The notes beneath the pieces were generated by a model that was not told the origin of the DNA, made no database searches, and saw only the letters and a list, made by a program, of their open reading frames with translations. 64,000 bases of DNA from Octopus sinensis (taxonomy: Eukaryota): assembly GCF_006345805.1 (NCBI RefSeq), contig NC_043000.1, positions 139,128,001-139,192,000 on the forward strand, given 5' to 3'. Shown here piece after piece: positions 49,684 through 62,550 of this stretch; position 1 is the stretch's first letter, and each line of letters opens with the position of its first letter. Made by a program: the position numbers and the translations under genes.

Positions 49684-50026
49684 TCATAGAGTATTGGTCT
49701 AGTTGTTCAACTTTTTGCAAATCCTTTTTCTTGAAACTTGTAGAAGCCATAATATTGATGAAACTTTCAGCCAAAATTTAATTTTTAGACATTACATTTT
49801 TTGTTATATCTTGGTAGGGTCATTATGCCAATAAGAATCTCATGCACTAGTTCCATTTCATTTTTTCATTCTTACTTATCAGCTACATATTCATTTAACA
49901 AATTATCAGAACAGTTGTTTGATTAATCATTTAGCCAGTCAATCAGTCAGCTAAGTTCATCTGATTCACTATTACAGGTCTCTCTGCTAGTTTTCAGACT
50001 CTGTATTCACATTTATAGGGATGTGT

Positions 50027-50028
<2 letters not shown>

Positions 50029-50107
<79 letters not shown>
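50029..50107. repeat. (GA)n microsatellite
   Basis: Direct reading. Confidence 0.95.
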
Positions 50108-51019
50108 GGAGTCACATATATCAGTGCATGCATGATGTAAATTCTTTGAATAATTGTGTTTGAGAGAACGTATGTTTTCATGTATATGGGTGCATGTACC
50201 AGTTACAAGCAATAATTCAAGACTTGTTGTTTAACAAAATATCCTTATTAATAGCTGCCAATACTTATCCTTACCATAGACTGTGTGTAGCCATAATTAC
50301 CTTTTTTTTTCTCTTTTGTTTATGGTATAATCTCATCTCCCAAATGCTGTTGCTTCATCCTGGTCTCCTTGATATATTACACTCTAACAATGCACTGTCT
50401 TCCTCCAAATTGCTTTTGATAACACTCCTGCATTTAATTTCCTATATGTAATTTGCTTGACAGTTAAATTCACACTCTCATCTATAACGTTCATTAATTT
50501 CGAAATCTTTGAACAACACCATCCATATCGTATATTCTCACCTTGTATTTCCCTGAGCCTGCTGTTCTTTAGTAGGCTGTTAGTCAAAAACTCTTCTATC
50601 TCAAATATTATATCTAAAACAAAAAAAAAAAATATAGAAAATTAATAAATGGTAGCAATATTCTAGCAAATTTTATACACTTTATATATCTTACAGTTTA
50701 CATCATTGGCTCAACTTGTTCAAGTTCCAAAACCAATAATTACGGCAATGAAACCATCTATGGCCATCCAACATTTTTTGGTAAGTTATCAGCTTTTGAC
50801 CATATGTTGTACATTTTTGTAAAGCTATTCAGCTATTAGTTTTAGTCGAAACTTTTTTTTTATTTTCAACTCGAGTGGATGTAAATACATCACAATCAGT
50901 GTTCATAAATGTATACACCAAATACATAGCATATACACTTTAAAATGTATATACAGCCAGAATATTTTCTGAGAGAAAATAAACAAAATTGTAATCTGGT
51001 GAAACAGTTTTATGTTATT

Positions 51020-51170
<151 letters not shown>

Positions 51171-51489
51171 ATTATTTTTTTTATTAGTTTACTATAAGTG
51201 ATTCCTTTGTGTAATATTTATGGCTTGCTTTATATTTTCATTATTACTACTGCATGAAATTAACATTATATCCATTTTGCAAATAATACTACTGAATATG
51301 ATTTATGCACCAGCACTATATTTGTTAATTGCATTTCAAAACATCTTTGAGTGAGGGTATTGATTTATGATATTATGTTTTGATCTAACCACTTGTTACC
51401 ATCAGATATCATTGACACCCATGTTCACTTCCATTCTGGTTCTTTCTTTCATTTCCTTCTCTGTTATATATATATATATATATATATTT

Positions 51490-52020
51490 TTTGCATGTGT
51501 GTGAGTGTGTGTGTATGTGTGTGTGTGTGTGTATGCACGTGCATGTGTGTGTGTCGCTGTAGATGTGTGTGACTCTGTGTGACTGTGTGTGACTCTGTGA
51601 CTGTGTGTGAATGTGTATGCTTGTGTGCGTGTCTGTATGTGACTGTGTGTGTGACTGTGCGTATGTGTTTGTGTATGTGTGTGACTGTGTATTTGTGTGT
51701 GTGCGTGTGTGCGTGTGAGTGCATGCGCGTGTGTGTGTTACTATGTGTGTGTGACTGTGGATGTGTGTGACTCTGTGACTGTGTGTGAATGTGTATGCCT
51801 ATGTGCGTGTCTGTGTGTGACTGTGTGTGTGACTGTGTGTATGTGACTGTGGATGTGTGTGACTCTGTGACTGTGTGTGACTCTGTGTGACTGTGTGTGA
51901 CTCTGTGTGACTGTGTGTGTGTGACTGTGTGTGTGACTGTGCGTATATGGTTGTGTATGTGTGTGACTGTGTATGTGTGTGTGTGTATGTGTGTGTGTGT
52001 GCATGCATGTATGTTTGTGT
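51490..52020 (+). repeat. Cryptic (TG)n-derived minisatellite with TGTGTGAC(T/TC) units
   Basis: Recurrent GTGTGACTG/GTGACTCTG units; block GATGTGTGTGACTC...GAATGTGTATGC repeated near 51560 and 51760. Confidence 0.8.
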
Positions 52021-52465
52021 ATGTTTTCTTTCAGCTTTCAAATAAAATTTGATTTTTTTCCTTCATTTCCTTCATGTCTGTTATTTCCCCATCTTACATG
52101 TTGCAATCAGTTCTTTAAAAATTGATAAACTAGAACTGTAAGAACTAATTGAATGAATTTATACTTATTACTGTAGCTGGTGCTTTAATCTTTATCATCT
52201 GACATTTGAAAGTATCACTGTCAATTGGTTAACTTCTGCAAAGATCTTGTCCCCTTCAAATGGGCACATCAGTGATCTTTGCAGGTATTGAGAAACTGTT
52301 GCAATGCTAGAGAGAACTTAAGAATTTGATAGAACTATATTTCCTTCTTAGTATATCTCAACATGTGTGATTGTCTCTCCTTTTATCCAACAGAGAGTGA
52401 TAGATATACAACATATTTTGTCTAGAAAGCTAACACACTACTTTTGAGCCCCTGTTTTGTTTATT

Positions 52466-52894
52466 TTACTCTTTACTCTCTTTTACTCTTTTACTTGTTT
52501 CAGTCATTTGACTGCGGCCATGCTGGAGCACCGCCTTTAGTTGAGCAACTCGACCCCGGGACTTATTCTTTTTGTAAGCTCAGTACTTATTCTATCGGCC
52601 TCTTTTGCCGAACCGCTAAGTATCGGGGACATAAGCACACCAGCATCGGTTGTCAAGCAATGCTAGGGGGACAAACACAGACGCACAAACATACACACGC
52701 ACATATATATATATATATATACATATATACGAAGGGCTTCTTTCAGTTTCCGTCTACCAAATCCACTCACAAGGCTTTGGTCGGCCCGAGGCTATAGTAG
52801 AAGACACTTGCCCAAGGTGCCACGCAGTGGGACTGAACCCGGAACCATGTGGTTGGTAAACAAGCTACATACCACACAGCCACTCCTGTGCCTA
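52466..52894 (-). mobile_element. SINE family B (close to the apparent consensus)
   Basis: Reverse-complement match with many intact CpGs. Confidence 0.9.
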
Positions 52895-53201
52895 TTTTAT
52901 TTATATTATTTTTCAATAATAGTATTTCCTTAAACTTCAGGCAGAAGTATGACTTACATGGCTGATCATTTGAATTATAAATTTAATAATCAAAGCCATA
53001 CTCAAACATACAAATATACATTTTAATACATTTGTATATACTTAATACATTAATCCATCTCTGTTTTTATGTTTACCTTTCTTTGTTGGCATGAATTGGA
53101 TAGGTTTCTCAAGGTGTTATTTTACAGCTTTTGTTGTTTTGTCTGACATGCAGAGACATGAAATATCTACTATAAACATAGGATGCACACAGTAAGATAT
53201 A

Positions 53202-53768
53202 TTGGGTTGTCCGGAAAGTTTGTGCCGATTTGTAGTAGCTTACCTTTCCACTTATTTTAGAACATGACTGAGTCCATAAAATAGGATTTGTCTACACCTC
53301 CATTTAGAGCACAGTTTAAGCTATCTTTTCATGAAGAAGGTTTATTTTCCTATAAACTGTGTTAATTCTGTAACACTTTAAAATGGAAGATAAGAAAGTT
53401 CATTTTTGGTACTTGATGCTTTGGGAACCAGACAAAAATTGCTGCAGCTTGGCTAGGATGTGTTACCCCACTCTCCATATTCACTAGATATTGCTCCTTC
53501 AGATTTCCACTTCTACAGGTCTCTGCAGAATCATTTTAATAGAAAAAGTTTCAATTCTTTGGATGATGTAAAAAAATACCTTGATGAATTGTTTGCCATG
53601 AAACCACCTCAATTCTGGGAAGAGGGTATTTTCAAGTTAACGGAAAACTGGGGATGCATTGTGCAACAAAATGGTTCATATTTGGTTGATTAAAAATGTA
53701 ATGGCAAGTATTTATTGGCCTTTTTTCTTTCCTTTAAAAATTGGCACGAACTTTCCAGACAACCCCAA
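53202..53768 (+). mobile_element. Non-autonomous mariner deletion derivative, second copy of 30010-30583
   Basis: TA|TTGGGTTGTCCGGAAAG...CTTTCCAGACAACCCCAA|TA; same internal structure; LPHSPYSLDIAPSDFHFYRSLQN. Confidence 0.9.
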
Positions 53769-54119
53769 TACATACTCAATACAACTGTATCGAAAATATT
53801 TTTCAGCATTATCATTAGTATTCATAACTTGTTCCTTGTTATAATGCTGTCATCAGTGGCATTATTTAGAAAAGTATTTATGAACTAATGAAGAAACTGT
53901 TAAACAGTACATTAATTTCTAGTGATAACAGCCAAATCTACCTCAAATGACTCTCTACTGTCTTAAAGAATAATGTAGTCATGGATAAGACACTATTTCA
54001 CCGGACAAACGATTGGATGGTTGTAAATAGAGTGACTTTGCCAATAGACATGCTCTGTCAAGTCTGACCTAGTGTTAAGTAACAGCAATAAATGTTGTGA
54101 GGAAAGCAAAAGCAATTAT

Positions 54120-54342
54120 ATACCCATAAGGGGCTAAACATAGAGAGGACAAACAAGGACAGACAAACGGATTAAGTCGATTATATCGACCCCAGTGCGT
54201 AACTGGTACTTATTTGATTGACCCCGAAAGGATGAAAGGCAAAGTCGACCTCAGCAGAATTTGAACTCAGAACGTAGCGACAGACGAAATACTGCTAAGC
54301 ATTTCGCCCGGCGTGCTAACGTTTCTGCCAGCTCGCCGCCTT
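54120..54342 (-). mobile_element. SINE family C (monomer)
   Basis: Reverse-complement match to family C. Confidence 0.9.
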
Positions 54343-55265
54343 GAATAACTGAAACAACAGCAATCTCACTTGTGACTAATCATTATATGTAAGCTGAAGT
54401 ATCCTTAAACAAAGAACTTGATGATTATTTTAAACTGTAGAAACACAGAAACCTTTTGGTAAAGACATGAAACCAGCGGTTGTTCTTTGGTGACATGGTA
54501 AATAAAGTAGGTTCTGAATATTATTCTTTAATGACTTTACAAGACATATATCATTGGCTGTAAAAGCTGGCATGGTACAACTGGGAAAATATATAAGAAA
54601 TAGAACTGCTTTCATAAATAAACAGTTCCAACCTGACAATTTTCCTTCTATTTAATAAATTATTATCTGCGTATGTAGATTGTTACGTACGTCATACTTT
54701 CTTTCTTATTATTTACCATATGTCTTAAAATATACTTCTTTTTCATTTTTTCTCTAAACAATTCCAGTATTAAACATAACAGTTTCCTTGGTCATTAATC
54801 ATAAAATAGATAATATGCAATCAATCAAACAAAATTAAATTGCACCTTCTTAAAAACATCTACAAATTTAAACAATCTGTTTACAAATTCTATACCTACA
54901 AGTTCTACACCTATACCACAATTCTTAGTAATAGCTGCCCTATTTGGATTGATTGTAAATATTTTAAATATTTTCAATAAATGGTATATTTTAAATAACT
55001 GGTATTCTTTGATACCTGTTGCTTCTGCTGACAATTTGGTTTATTGTCAAAACCATGTCTTCCCTGCCATTATGAATTTTAGATTAGCACCGTTGGGATT
55101 AGCCTTTATAGGTTCTACAGGTTTCACTAACAATAAGGAATTTGAATTATAGACATAATGGCACAGATAAGACAGTACCATACTGGGAAAACTAGGTTAG
55201 GAGAATATATCTGATATAAGTATCTCTAGAAAAAAGAGGAGCTTTCCATCACTGTCTCATTGATA

Positions 55266-55556
55266 GTTCGTCATCATCCTCATTTAATGTCTGCTTTCCA
55301 TGCTGGCATGGGTTGGATCGTTTGACTGAAATCTGGTGAGCCAGGGGGCTGCACACTAGGCTCCAATCTGATTTGGCAAGGTTTCTGCGACTGGGTGTCC
55401 TTCCTAATGCCAACCACTCTGAGAGTGTAGTTTTTTACATGCCATTGACCTGACACTGCCATCGGCCATGGCTATGGTCTCACTTGGCTTCACACGTCTA
55501 CACAAGCATTGTATATTGCCAAAGGTTTTGGTCACATGTCACTGCCTCCATGAGGT
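55266..55556 (-). mobile_element. Family D element
   Basis: CATCATCCTCATTTAATGTC...TTCCATGCTGGCATGGG...CCTTCCTAATGCCAACC. Confidence 0.75.
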
Positions 55557-55740
55557 AGCTGTGCATAGCAATGATTGTATAGTATGGTCCCATATCATGA
55601 AATTATTAAATTTCTACTTTCAAAGGATGTGATGCATATGGATGAGAACAGCTGTGTAAAGAAGTACCAATCTCTTACAGAAGAGGGGACCCATGGAAGA
55701 GTTAGACCCAGAAAGACATGGGACAAAGTGGTGAAGTAAT

Positions 55741-56146
55741 GGCAGCAAGCTGGCAGAAACGTTTGCACACTGGGTGAAATGCTTAGTGGTATTTCGTCTG
55801 CCATTATGTTCAAATTCCGCCGAGGTCGACTTTGCCTTTCATCCTTCCAAGGTCGATTAAATAAGTACCAGTTACACACTGGGTTGATATAATCGACTCA
55901 ATCCGTTTGTCTGTCTTTGTTTGTCCCCTCTGTGTTTAGCCCCTTGTGGGTAGTAAAGAAATAGGTATTTCGTCTGCTGTTACATTCTGAGTTCAAATTC
56001 TGCTGAGGTCAACTTTGCCTTTCATACTTTCGGAGTCGATAAATTAAGTACCAGTTACGCACTGGGGTCGATATAATCGACTTAATCCCTTTGTTTGTCC
56101 TTGTTTGTTCCTCTATGTTTAGCCCCTTGTGGGCAATAAACAAATA
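55741..56146 (+). mobile_element. SINE family C head-to-tail dimer
   Basis: Junction GTAGTAAAGAAATA|GGTATTTCGTCTG at 55963/55964. Confidence 0.9.
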
Positions 56147-56535
56147 AGAAGTATGATTTTAAAATTTTGGGCCTCGTGAGAGGCAATGACCTTTGGCGAT
56201 ATGCTGTGCTTGAAAAGACTTGTCAATCCAAGTGAAATCATAGTCGTGGCTTTACTGGTGTCATGTAAATAGCACTCATGAAACTGTAATCATGGCCATT
56301 GCTAGCAGCATGATCTTTGAAATGATCTTTGAATATTGGGCCTCACAGAGGTGAGGGACAAGGTGGTGAAGCATGATCTTCGAATGTCGAGCCACATGGA
56401 TTCAATGAGAAGTGACCAAGACCTTAGCAACATGCTGTGATTGAGAAGACTCACCGAGCCAAGTGAAACTGCAATTGTGACTCCTGCCAGTGTCATGTAA
56501 ATAGCACCTATGAAATCGTAGTCATAGCCATTACT

Positions 56536-56859
56536 TTTTTTTATGCCCTTTTCAAGCCTAGCCAGACTCATGGGCCCGGTTTCCTGGTTTCTGTGGCGTA
56601 TGTGTCCCCGCCAGCTGGACAGGATGCCAGTCCATCACAGCATTATTCAAGAAACAGGAAGAGAAAGTGAGAGAAATTTGGGGTGAAAGAGTACAGCAGG
56701 GGTCGTCACCACCTCCTGCTGGAGTCTTGTGGAGCTTTAGGTGTTTTCGCTCAATAAACACACACAATGCCCGGTCTAGGAATTGAAACTGCGATTCTCC
56801 AACCGTGATCCTCCAACCGCGAGTCTGCTGCCCTAACCACTGGGCCATTGCACCTCCAC
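56536..56859 (-). mobile_element. SINE family A (tail type 1) with ~13-bp TSD
   Basis: CATAGCCATTACT (56523-56535) and CATGGCCATTACT (56860-56872); small internal duplication CTCCAACCG. Confidence 0.85.
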
Positions 56860-57112
56860 CATGGCCATTACTGATGTCATGTAAATGGCACCTGTGCTGA
56901 CGGCATGTAAAAAACACCCATTACACTCTTGGAGGGGTTGGCATTAGGAAAGGCATCTAGCTGTAGAAATCATGCCAAATTACACTGGAACTTGGTGCAG
57001 CTCTCTGATTTACCAGTTCCAGTCTAACCCATGCCAGCATGGAAAGTGGACGTTAAAAGGTGATGATTTACTTTTTGCATTGAGAGTTCTCCGCCTGATG
57101 AAATGGAATTAT

Positions 57113-57440
57113 GTGTCATCGTCATTATTATCATCGTTTAATGTCCATCGTCCATGCTGGCATGGGTTGGACGATTTGAATGGGGCTGGCAAGGCTTTTA
57201 TGGCTGGCTGCCTTTCCTAATGCCAACCAAGAGTGTATTGGGTGCTTTTACGTGCCACCAGCATGGTTGCTATTTGCATGACACCAGTACCTGTCATGGC
57301 TCTGAGTTTGCTCAGCTTGATGGGTCTTCTTCTCAAGCACAATATAATGCCAAAGGGTCTTGGTTACTGCCTCTGTGAGGCCCAACACTTGAAAGGAGCT
57401 CAGCCACTTTGCCTCTGTAAGGCCCAATGCTCGAATTTTT
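57113..57440 (-). mobile_element. Family D element, tail-to-tail with the preceding copy
   Basis: TCATCGTTTAATGTCC...CCATGCTGGCATGGGTTGG...GGTGCTTTTACGTGCCAC. Confidence 0.7.
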
Positions 57441-58049
57441 AAAAATTCAATAGCTATTCATAGAGTTTTCCTAATTGGTAGATATGAAGGAGGCTTTTTT
57501 TCCTAAATGAATAAATTACAGCATTCAAAAACAACAAAAGATCCCTACTTAAAAACAGGTAAAGGCTGATGATGAGAAGGGCATTTCACAGTAATATGCT
57601 GCTTCAAATAATGCTTCACCATCCAAACCTATGCTAGCATAGAAAATGGATTTTAAAATGACCATATGAATATGAAGTCGTACTTAAAAAGCTGATATTT
57701 CTCAAGAAGCAGAGCCTAAAATTATACATATAGGAAATGCTCTATATACAAATTAGGTCATGTAGCTATGAAAGATAAATGTAAAGTGTACAACATAAAG
57801 AAGCATTTTCAATCAGTTTGTCACTTTACAATGAGAACTAACTGGTGATGAAAAGTTTGACATTAAAATAAATGTGTTTATGCTATAAGGCAAGGAAAGG
57901 ATCTCTTTACTCTAAGTTAAATTGTATAATGTCAGTTTGGTTTTGTAACTGTTTAATGGTAGCAAAGTCACATTAATTCCATTAATTTAGAACACTCATT
58001 GAAAAATAAAATGTTCTCAAGAGCCAGGTCAACATCACCTGTTTCATGG

Positions 58050-58700
58050 ATCAACAAATAAAATTTTGGACTATTTTGAAGGTGCCCTCAAACAAGGAAC
58101 TTGATATGAAATTATACTAAAAGTGGTCATGGACTAATAAAAATAAAGAGCTTTTTGGAGCTGATACACTAAATATTAATAGCAATAATCTGATGAATAT
58201 TCTCTCCAATGTTAAGGAAATTGGTATACATGCAAATTATATGACAAACATTAAATTGAAAGAAAACATCCTTCCATCATAGTCTGAATTTTGTGAACTC
58301 CCAAAGCTATGAAATATATGGAACAGAGCATATTACAGTATGTTCTGTCTAGTGGTAACAATTGGTAATTATCTGTTATTGTGCAAAATCTAGTCAGATT
58401 TACAAGCCTTGATGGATACTACTTACCATGTCCAGAGTTGTAGTACTTGACAAAGTTCCCAGTTATGAGCTAAATTGAAGGTCTTGTGGCTGAAGCAAAC
58501 AAAGATTAGAGGAAACATGACCCTCTAGAAATGTGTCCCAAGACCCACCAATGTATGGACAAACTCTGTTGTAATGTGAACTAGTACTTGTGTTTAAATG
58601 TTAGATAAGTAAAATGCCTCAAGAGCAACTTTTGGGAGAGCAGGGAACAGGCAGTGTAAACTGTAAATAATTTGGCAGAAGCACTTGCTTTATCATGAAT
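58050..58700 (+). mobile_element. Possible second, very decayed Gypsy pol fragment
   Basis: NIKLKENILP and DGYYLPCPE resemble Gypsy pre-RT/RT motifs; many stops. Confidence 0.35.
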
Positions 58701-58779
58701 CTGCAGATTTAGGCATGTCTTTATTTATAGCTCCTAATAAAGACAGATAAGGCTGGCATGATCCACAAGAGATATAATA

Positions 58780-59182
58780 GGCATAGGAGCAGCTGTGTGA
58801 TAAGTAGCTTGCTTACGAACCTCATGGTTCTGGGTTCGTTCCCACTGCATGGCACCTTGGGCAGGTGTCTTCTACTATAGCCTCAGGATAACCAAAGCCT
58901 TGTGAGTGGATTTGGCAGACGGAAACTGAAAGAAGCCCGTCGTATATATATGTATATGTATATATATATATGTATGTGTGTGTGTATATGCCTGTGTGTT
59001 TGTGTTTGTCCCCCCAACATCGCTTGACAACCGATGCTGGTGTGTTTACGTCTCTGTAACTTAGCAGTTCGGCAAAAGAGACCGATAGAATAAGTCCTGG
59101 GGGTCGATTTGCTCAACTAAACGCGGTGCTCCAGCATGGCCACGGGCAAATGACTGAAACAAGTAAAAGAGTAAAAAGAGAG
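58780..59182 (+). mobile_element. SINE family B
   Basis: Match to family B with small internal deletion. Confidence 0.9.
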
Positions 59183-60135
59183 TATTCTGTGTGTCCATAT
59201 CTGTTGTTTTGCGTTTGCCAAATGTGTTGCATGTGAAATTTCAAACTTTTGTATGACATTTTACATTTTCACAATGGATTTTACCTGTGTTAGTGTGAAA
59301 CTCTGCACAATTGAGGGGGGGGGGCAATATGGAAAATTAATGTAGATACAAATTAATGTTAAAAGAGAGCATTATTGTTTGTCATAATAATAATGATGGA
59401 GAAAGAATGTATTGAGCAAAATTGCAAATGCTGTCAGTATTTCTTGGATAAAACACATTTTCTAAATTGCAGTAAGGTAGAATGCATTCTGGAAATTTCT
59501 AACGCTGGCTTGCATGGTCAGAAGGATGATGATATGGTACTATGTGATAGCAAAGTATCTACAGCCACTGTAATTAGTAATTTTGTTCAGCCAAAACTAT
59601 TTTATGGATTAAAAACTTTGCTACATTTGTCCCAGCGGAGCTAACCGTTGCTTCTAGTAGTATTCACTGTGATCATAGCATCATCGCATAACTTCTGGTC
59701 AGCAGCTATGCTTTAGCTGCTTCTAAGCATATTCCCTCATCCATGAAATTTTACAAATAATTGCAGTCTGTTGATGTGATGGATACTATTTCTCTTCTGC
59801 ATGAGATAGCTTTTCATCTGTGTATTAACATAAAGAAAATCATTGTGATGTATCAAACTCTGTTTAGGTGTCACATTGGCAAATCTGGATATATTTGTTT
59901 GTATGCGATGAAAGGAGAAGAGTACTGGACTCATATAAAATTTACGAAATGCATTTTTCTGATACAAATCACCTCGTTTTTCTTAGGATTCCTGTTTATA
60001 TTTGCATTTAGTTATGCTGTTACCTCTGCTGATATTTTACGATTATAAGGGTAGCATTAGCAAATTACACTCGTGTAAAGTGACAGCGTTTAGTGTCGCA
60101 AGCAAGTTGTACTGAATTTAGCTACTTGGAGAATT

Positions 60136-60166
<31 letters not shown>

Positions 60167-60280
60167 TACCTGTGCAAACATACAGAGGCACACAGACAAA
60201 CTCAAACGCTCACACACACACAGATGTATTTACAGTTAGACTCAGTTCCACATATTTTGAAGTTTGGCTAGTGTAAATCC

Positions 60281-60655
60281 GTGGAGGTGCAATGGCCCAG
60301 TGGTTAGGGCAGCGGACTCGTGGTCATAGGATCGCGGTTTCAATTCCCAGACCGGGCGTTGTGAGTGTTTATTGAGCGAAAACACCTAAAAGCTCCATGA
60401 GGCTCCGGCAGGGGATGGTGATGATCCCTGCTGTACTCTTTCACCACAACTTTCTCTCACTCTTACTTGTTGTACTTGTATTTCAAGGGGCCGGCCTTGT
60501 CACTCTCTGTGTCACGCTGAATATCCACGAGTTAAGGGTGCACGTGTCTGTGGAGTGCTCAGCCACTTACACGTTAATTTCACGAGCAGGCTGTTCCATT
60601 GATTCGGATCAACCGGAACCCTCATCGTCGTAACCGACGGAGTGCTTCCAAAAAG
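60281..60655 (+). mobile_element. SINE family A with tail type 2
   Basis: Same structure as 45145-45531. Confidence 0.85.
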
Positions 60656-60704
60656 AGAAAAAAAATTGTAAATCCATGTCTGACACATCAGATTTAGTGT
60701 GTAT

Positions 60705-60905
60705 ATGCATGGCACCTTGGGCAAGTGTCTTATACTATATCCTCGGACCAACCAAAGCCTTATGAGTGGATTGGGTAGATGGAAACTGAAAGAAGCCTGT
60801 TGTATATGTGTTTGTGTGTGTGTGTCTTTGTATCTGTATTTGTCCCTATTGTATTGACAACCAATGGTGGTATGTTTATGTCCCTGTAACTTAGCAGTTT
60901 AGCAA
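60705..60905 (+). mobile_element. SINE-B internal fragment
   Basis: GGCACCTTGGGCAAGTGTC...GGAAACTGAAAGAAGCC...GTAACTTAGCAG. Confidence 0.75.
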
Positions 60906-61616
60906 AACAATGATGAAAACCACAAAGATCCTGCAGACCTACCATTAAAGATCACTCTGACAGTTCCATATTTTTTGTATATCTAGGCTGACACTATCCA
61001 AGGTGAACTTCCAGTTCTTTAAGATGTTAAAACAGGATACATATATTTGGTTGCTATTTCTAGGAAACCAAGCAACCACATAGAGGTTGCCCAATTTTCC
61101 TTCATGAAAGTTGAAATATGTGTTGAAATAACAAAATAAAAGAAATAAATATAGGCATTTATTTGTTTAGATATGAACTTTTTTTTTACACTATTTTATA
61201 ATACCATTGTTAATGGACATTGGATTTTGGGATTTTGAACATCATTGCTGAAAACATGAATTTTTAAAGTTAATTGTTTTAATTTTTTAATTAACAAATA
61301 ATTAAATCAGAAACTGATTAATGTTTGGAGATTTACAGCTGTAGTATATTTTATATGAATGATAATATATTTTATGTTCACTGAAAAATATTTCATTTGT
61401 ATTTGATGCATATAAATATATTCCCCTTACATCATCAATAATTTGAAACTGATACAAAATTTTTAATTTTTAGCAAGTGAAAGTATAAAATATTACTAAA
61501 TAATATATAGTCTTTTATTCTTCTATTTGTTTCAATCATTTGACCGTGGCCATGCTGGAGTGCTACCTTTAGTTGAAGAAATCAACCCCATAATAGAGTT
61601 CTATATTTAAGAGATG

Positions 61617-61845
61617 AAGAGAGCTGGCAGAAACGTTAGCATGCCTGGCGAAATGAGTAGCAGTATTTCGTCTGCCGTAATGTTCTGGGTTCAAATTCCG
61701 CTGAGGTCGACTTTGCCTTTCATCCTTTCGGGGTCGATAAATAAAGTACCAGTTATGCACTGGGGTCGATGTAATCGACTTAATCCTTCTGTCTGTCCTT
61801 GTTTGTCCCCTCTATGATTAGCCCCTTGTGGGCAATAAAGAAATA
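61617..61845 (+). mobile_element. SINE family C (monomer)
   Basis: GAGCTGGCAGAAACG head to GGGCAATAAAGAAATA. Confidence 0.9.
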
Positions 61846-61888
61846 TATTTACATTTGATGGATATTTGTTCTCACCTTGTTTGTTGTT

Positions 61889-61934
61889 AACACAATGTTT
61901 CAGCTGATATACCCTCCAGCCTTCATCAGGTATC
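61889..61934 (-). ncRNA. Penelope-type minimal type I hammerhead ribozyme motif (slightly degenerate) in a pLTR-like repeat (~61846-61985)
   Basis: Minus strand GATAC-CTGATGA-A-GGCTG(GAGGGTATAT)CAGCT-GAA-ACAT-T-GTGTT: intact CUGAUGA and GAAA, 5-bp stems I and II with G-U pairs; stem III palindrome ACGT appears mutated to ACAT. Confidence 0.7.
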
Positions 61935-61989
61935 TTGGGGAAATTTCGAACCTGGGTTCTCATTCCTGAGGCAATTTTCGATGTTGTTA

Positions 61990-62330
61990 TTACTATTATT
62001 ATTAAGTTGTCAGATACTTAAGCGTCGAAACCTACAGGAGAGTCTAGTATTATTATTGTTCTTTTTTACTCAGGTTTTGATGGAACTCCTGGAGTCTTAT
62101 ATGCATAGTGGGCTTGCTACCTGCAGCCTACAGAATGATGCTATCTGTTCTTTTCAAATATCTAATACTTTGCTGATTATTCTGGCCATGCCAACGAGGC
62201 AAACCTTTGGTAACAGTTCTACTGGGAACTCTGTTCCAATTTCCTTTATATTCTTGATGCCTTCTGATACAGTCCCCAAGGACCAAACAACAATTGGCAC
62301 TATCTTCACCTTCTTCATTTTACATTATTA
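61990..62330 (-). mobile_element. 3' end of an RLE-type non-LTR retrotransposon (NeSL/R4/HERO-like)
   Basis: Minus frame VKIVPIVV..LGTVSEGIKNIKEIGTEFPVELLPKVCLVGMARIISKVLDI* resembles the VPIVIGALG...LQKxxLLGTARILRKVL C-terminus of restriction-like-endonuclease elements. Confidence 0.7.
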
Positions 62331-62349
62331 TTATTATTGTAACTTTACT

Positions 62350-62510
62350 TGTACTGGTGCTGTTTAAAAAGCACCTAGTACACTTTGTAAAGTGGTTGGC
62401 ATTAGGAAAGGCATCCAAATATAGAAGCCATATCAAAGCAGACTTAGGAGTATGATGCAGGACTCCTTCCTGATGGATCCTGCTAAGCTGTTAACCTCAT
62501 ACTAGCATGT
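62350..62510 (+). mobile_element. Diverged family D terminal block
   Basis: AAAAAGCACC...GTGGTTGGCATTAGGAAAGGCATCC. Confidence 0.55.
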
Positions 62511-62550
62511 ATACACATACACATATAAGTGTATACATATATATATATAT

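Larger units (their letters stand above)
55600..57066 (+). mobile_element. RTE-LINE 3' end continuing into family D modules, with nested SINE-C dimer and SINE-A
   Basis: 55600-55740 encodes MHMDENSCVKK...GTHGRVRPRKTWDKVVK; resumes at ~56165 with repeated GCTGTG(C/A)TTGA(G/A)AAGAC...CAAGTGAAA modules; terminal D block ends ~57066. Confidence 0.7.
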
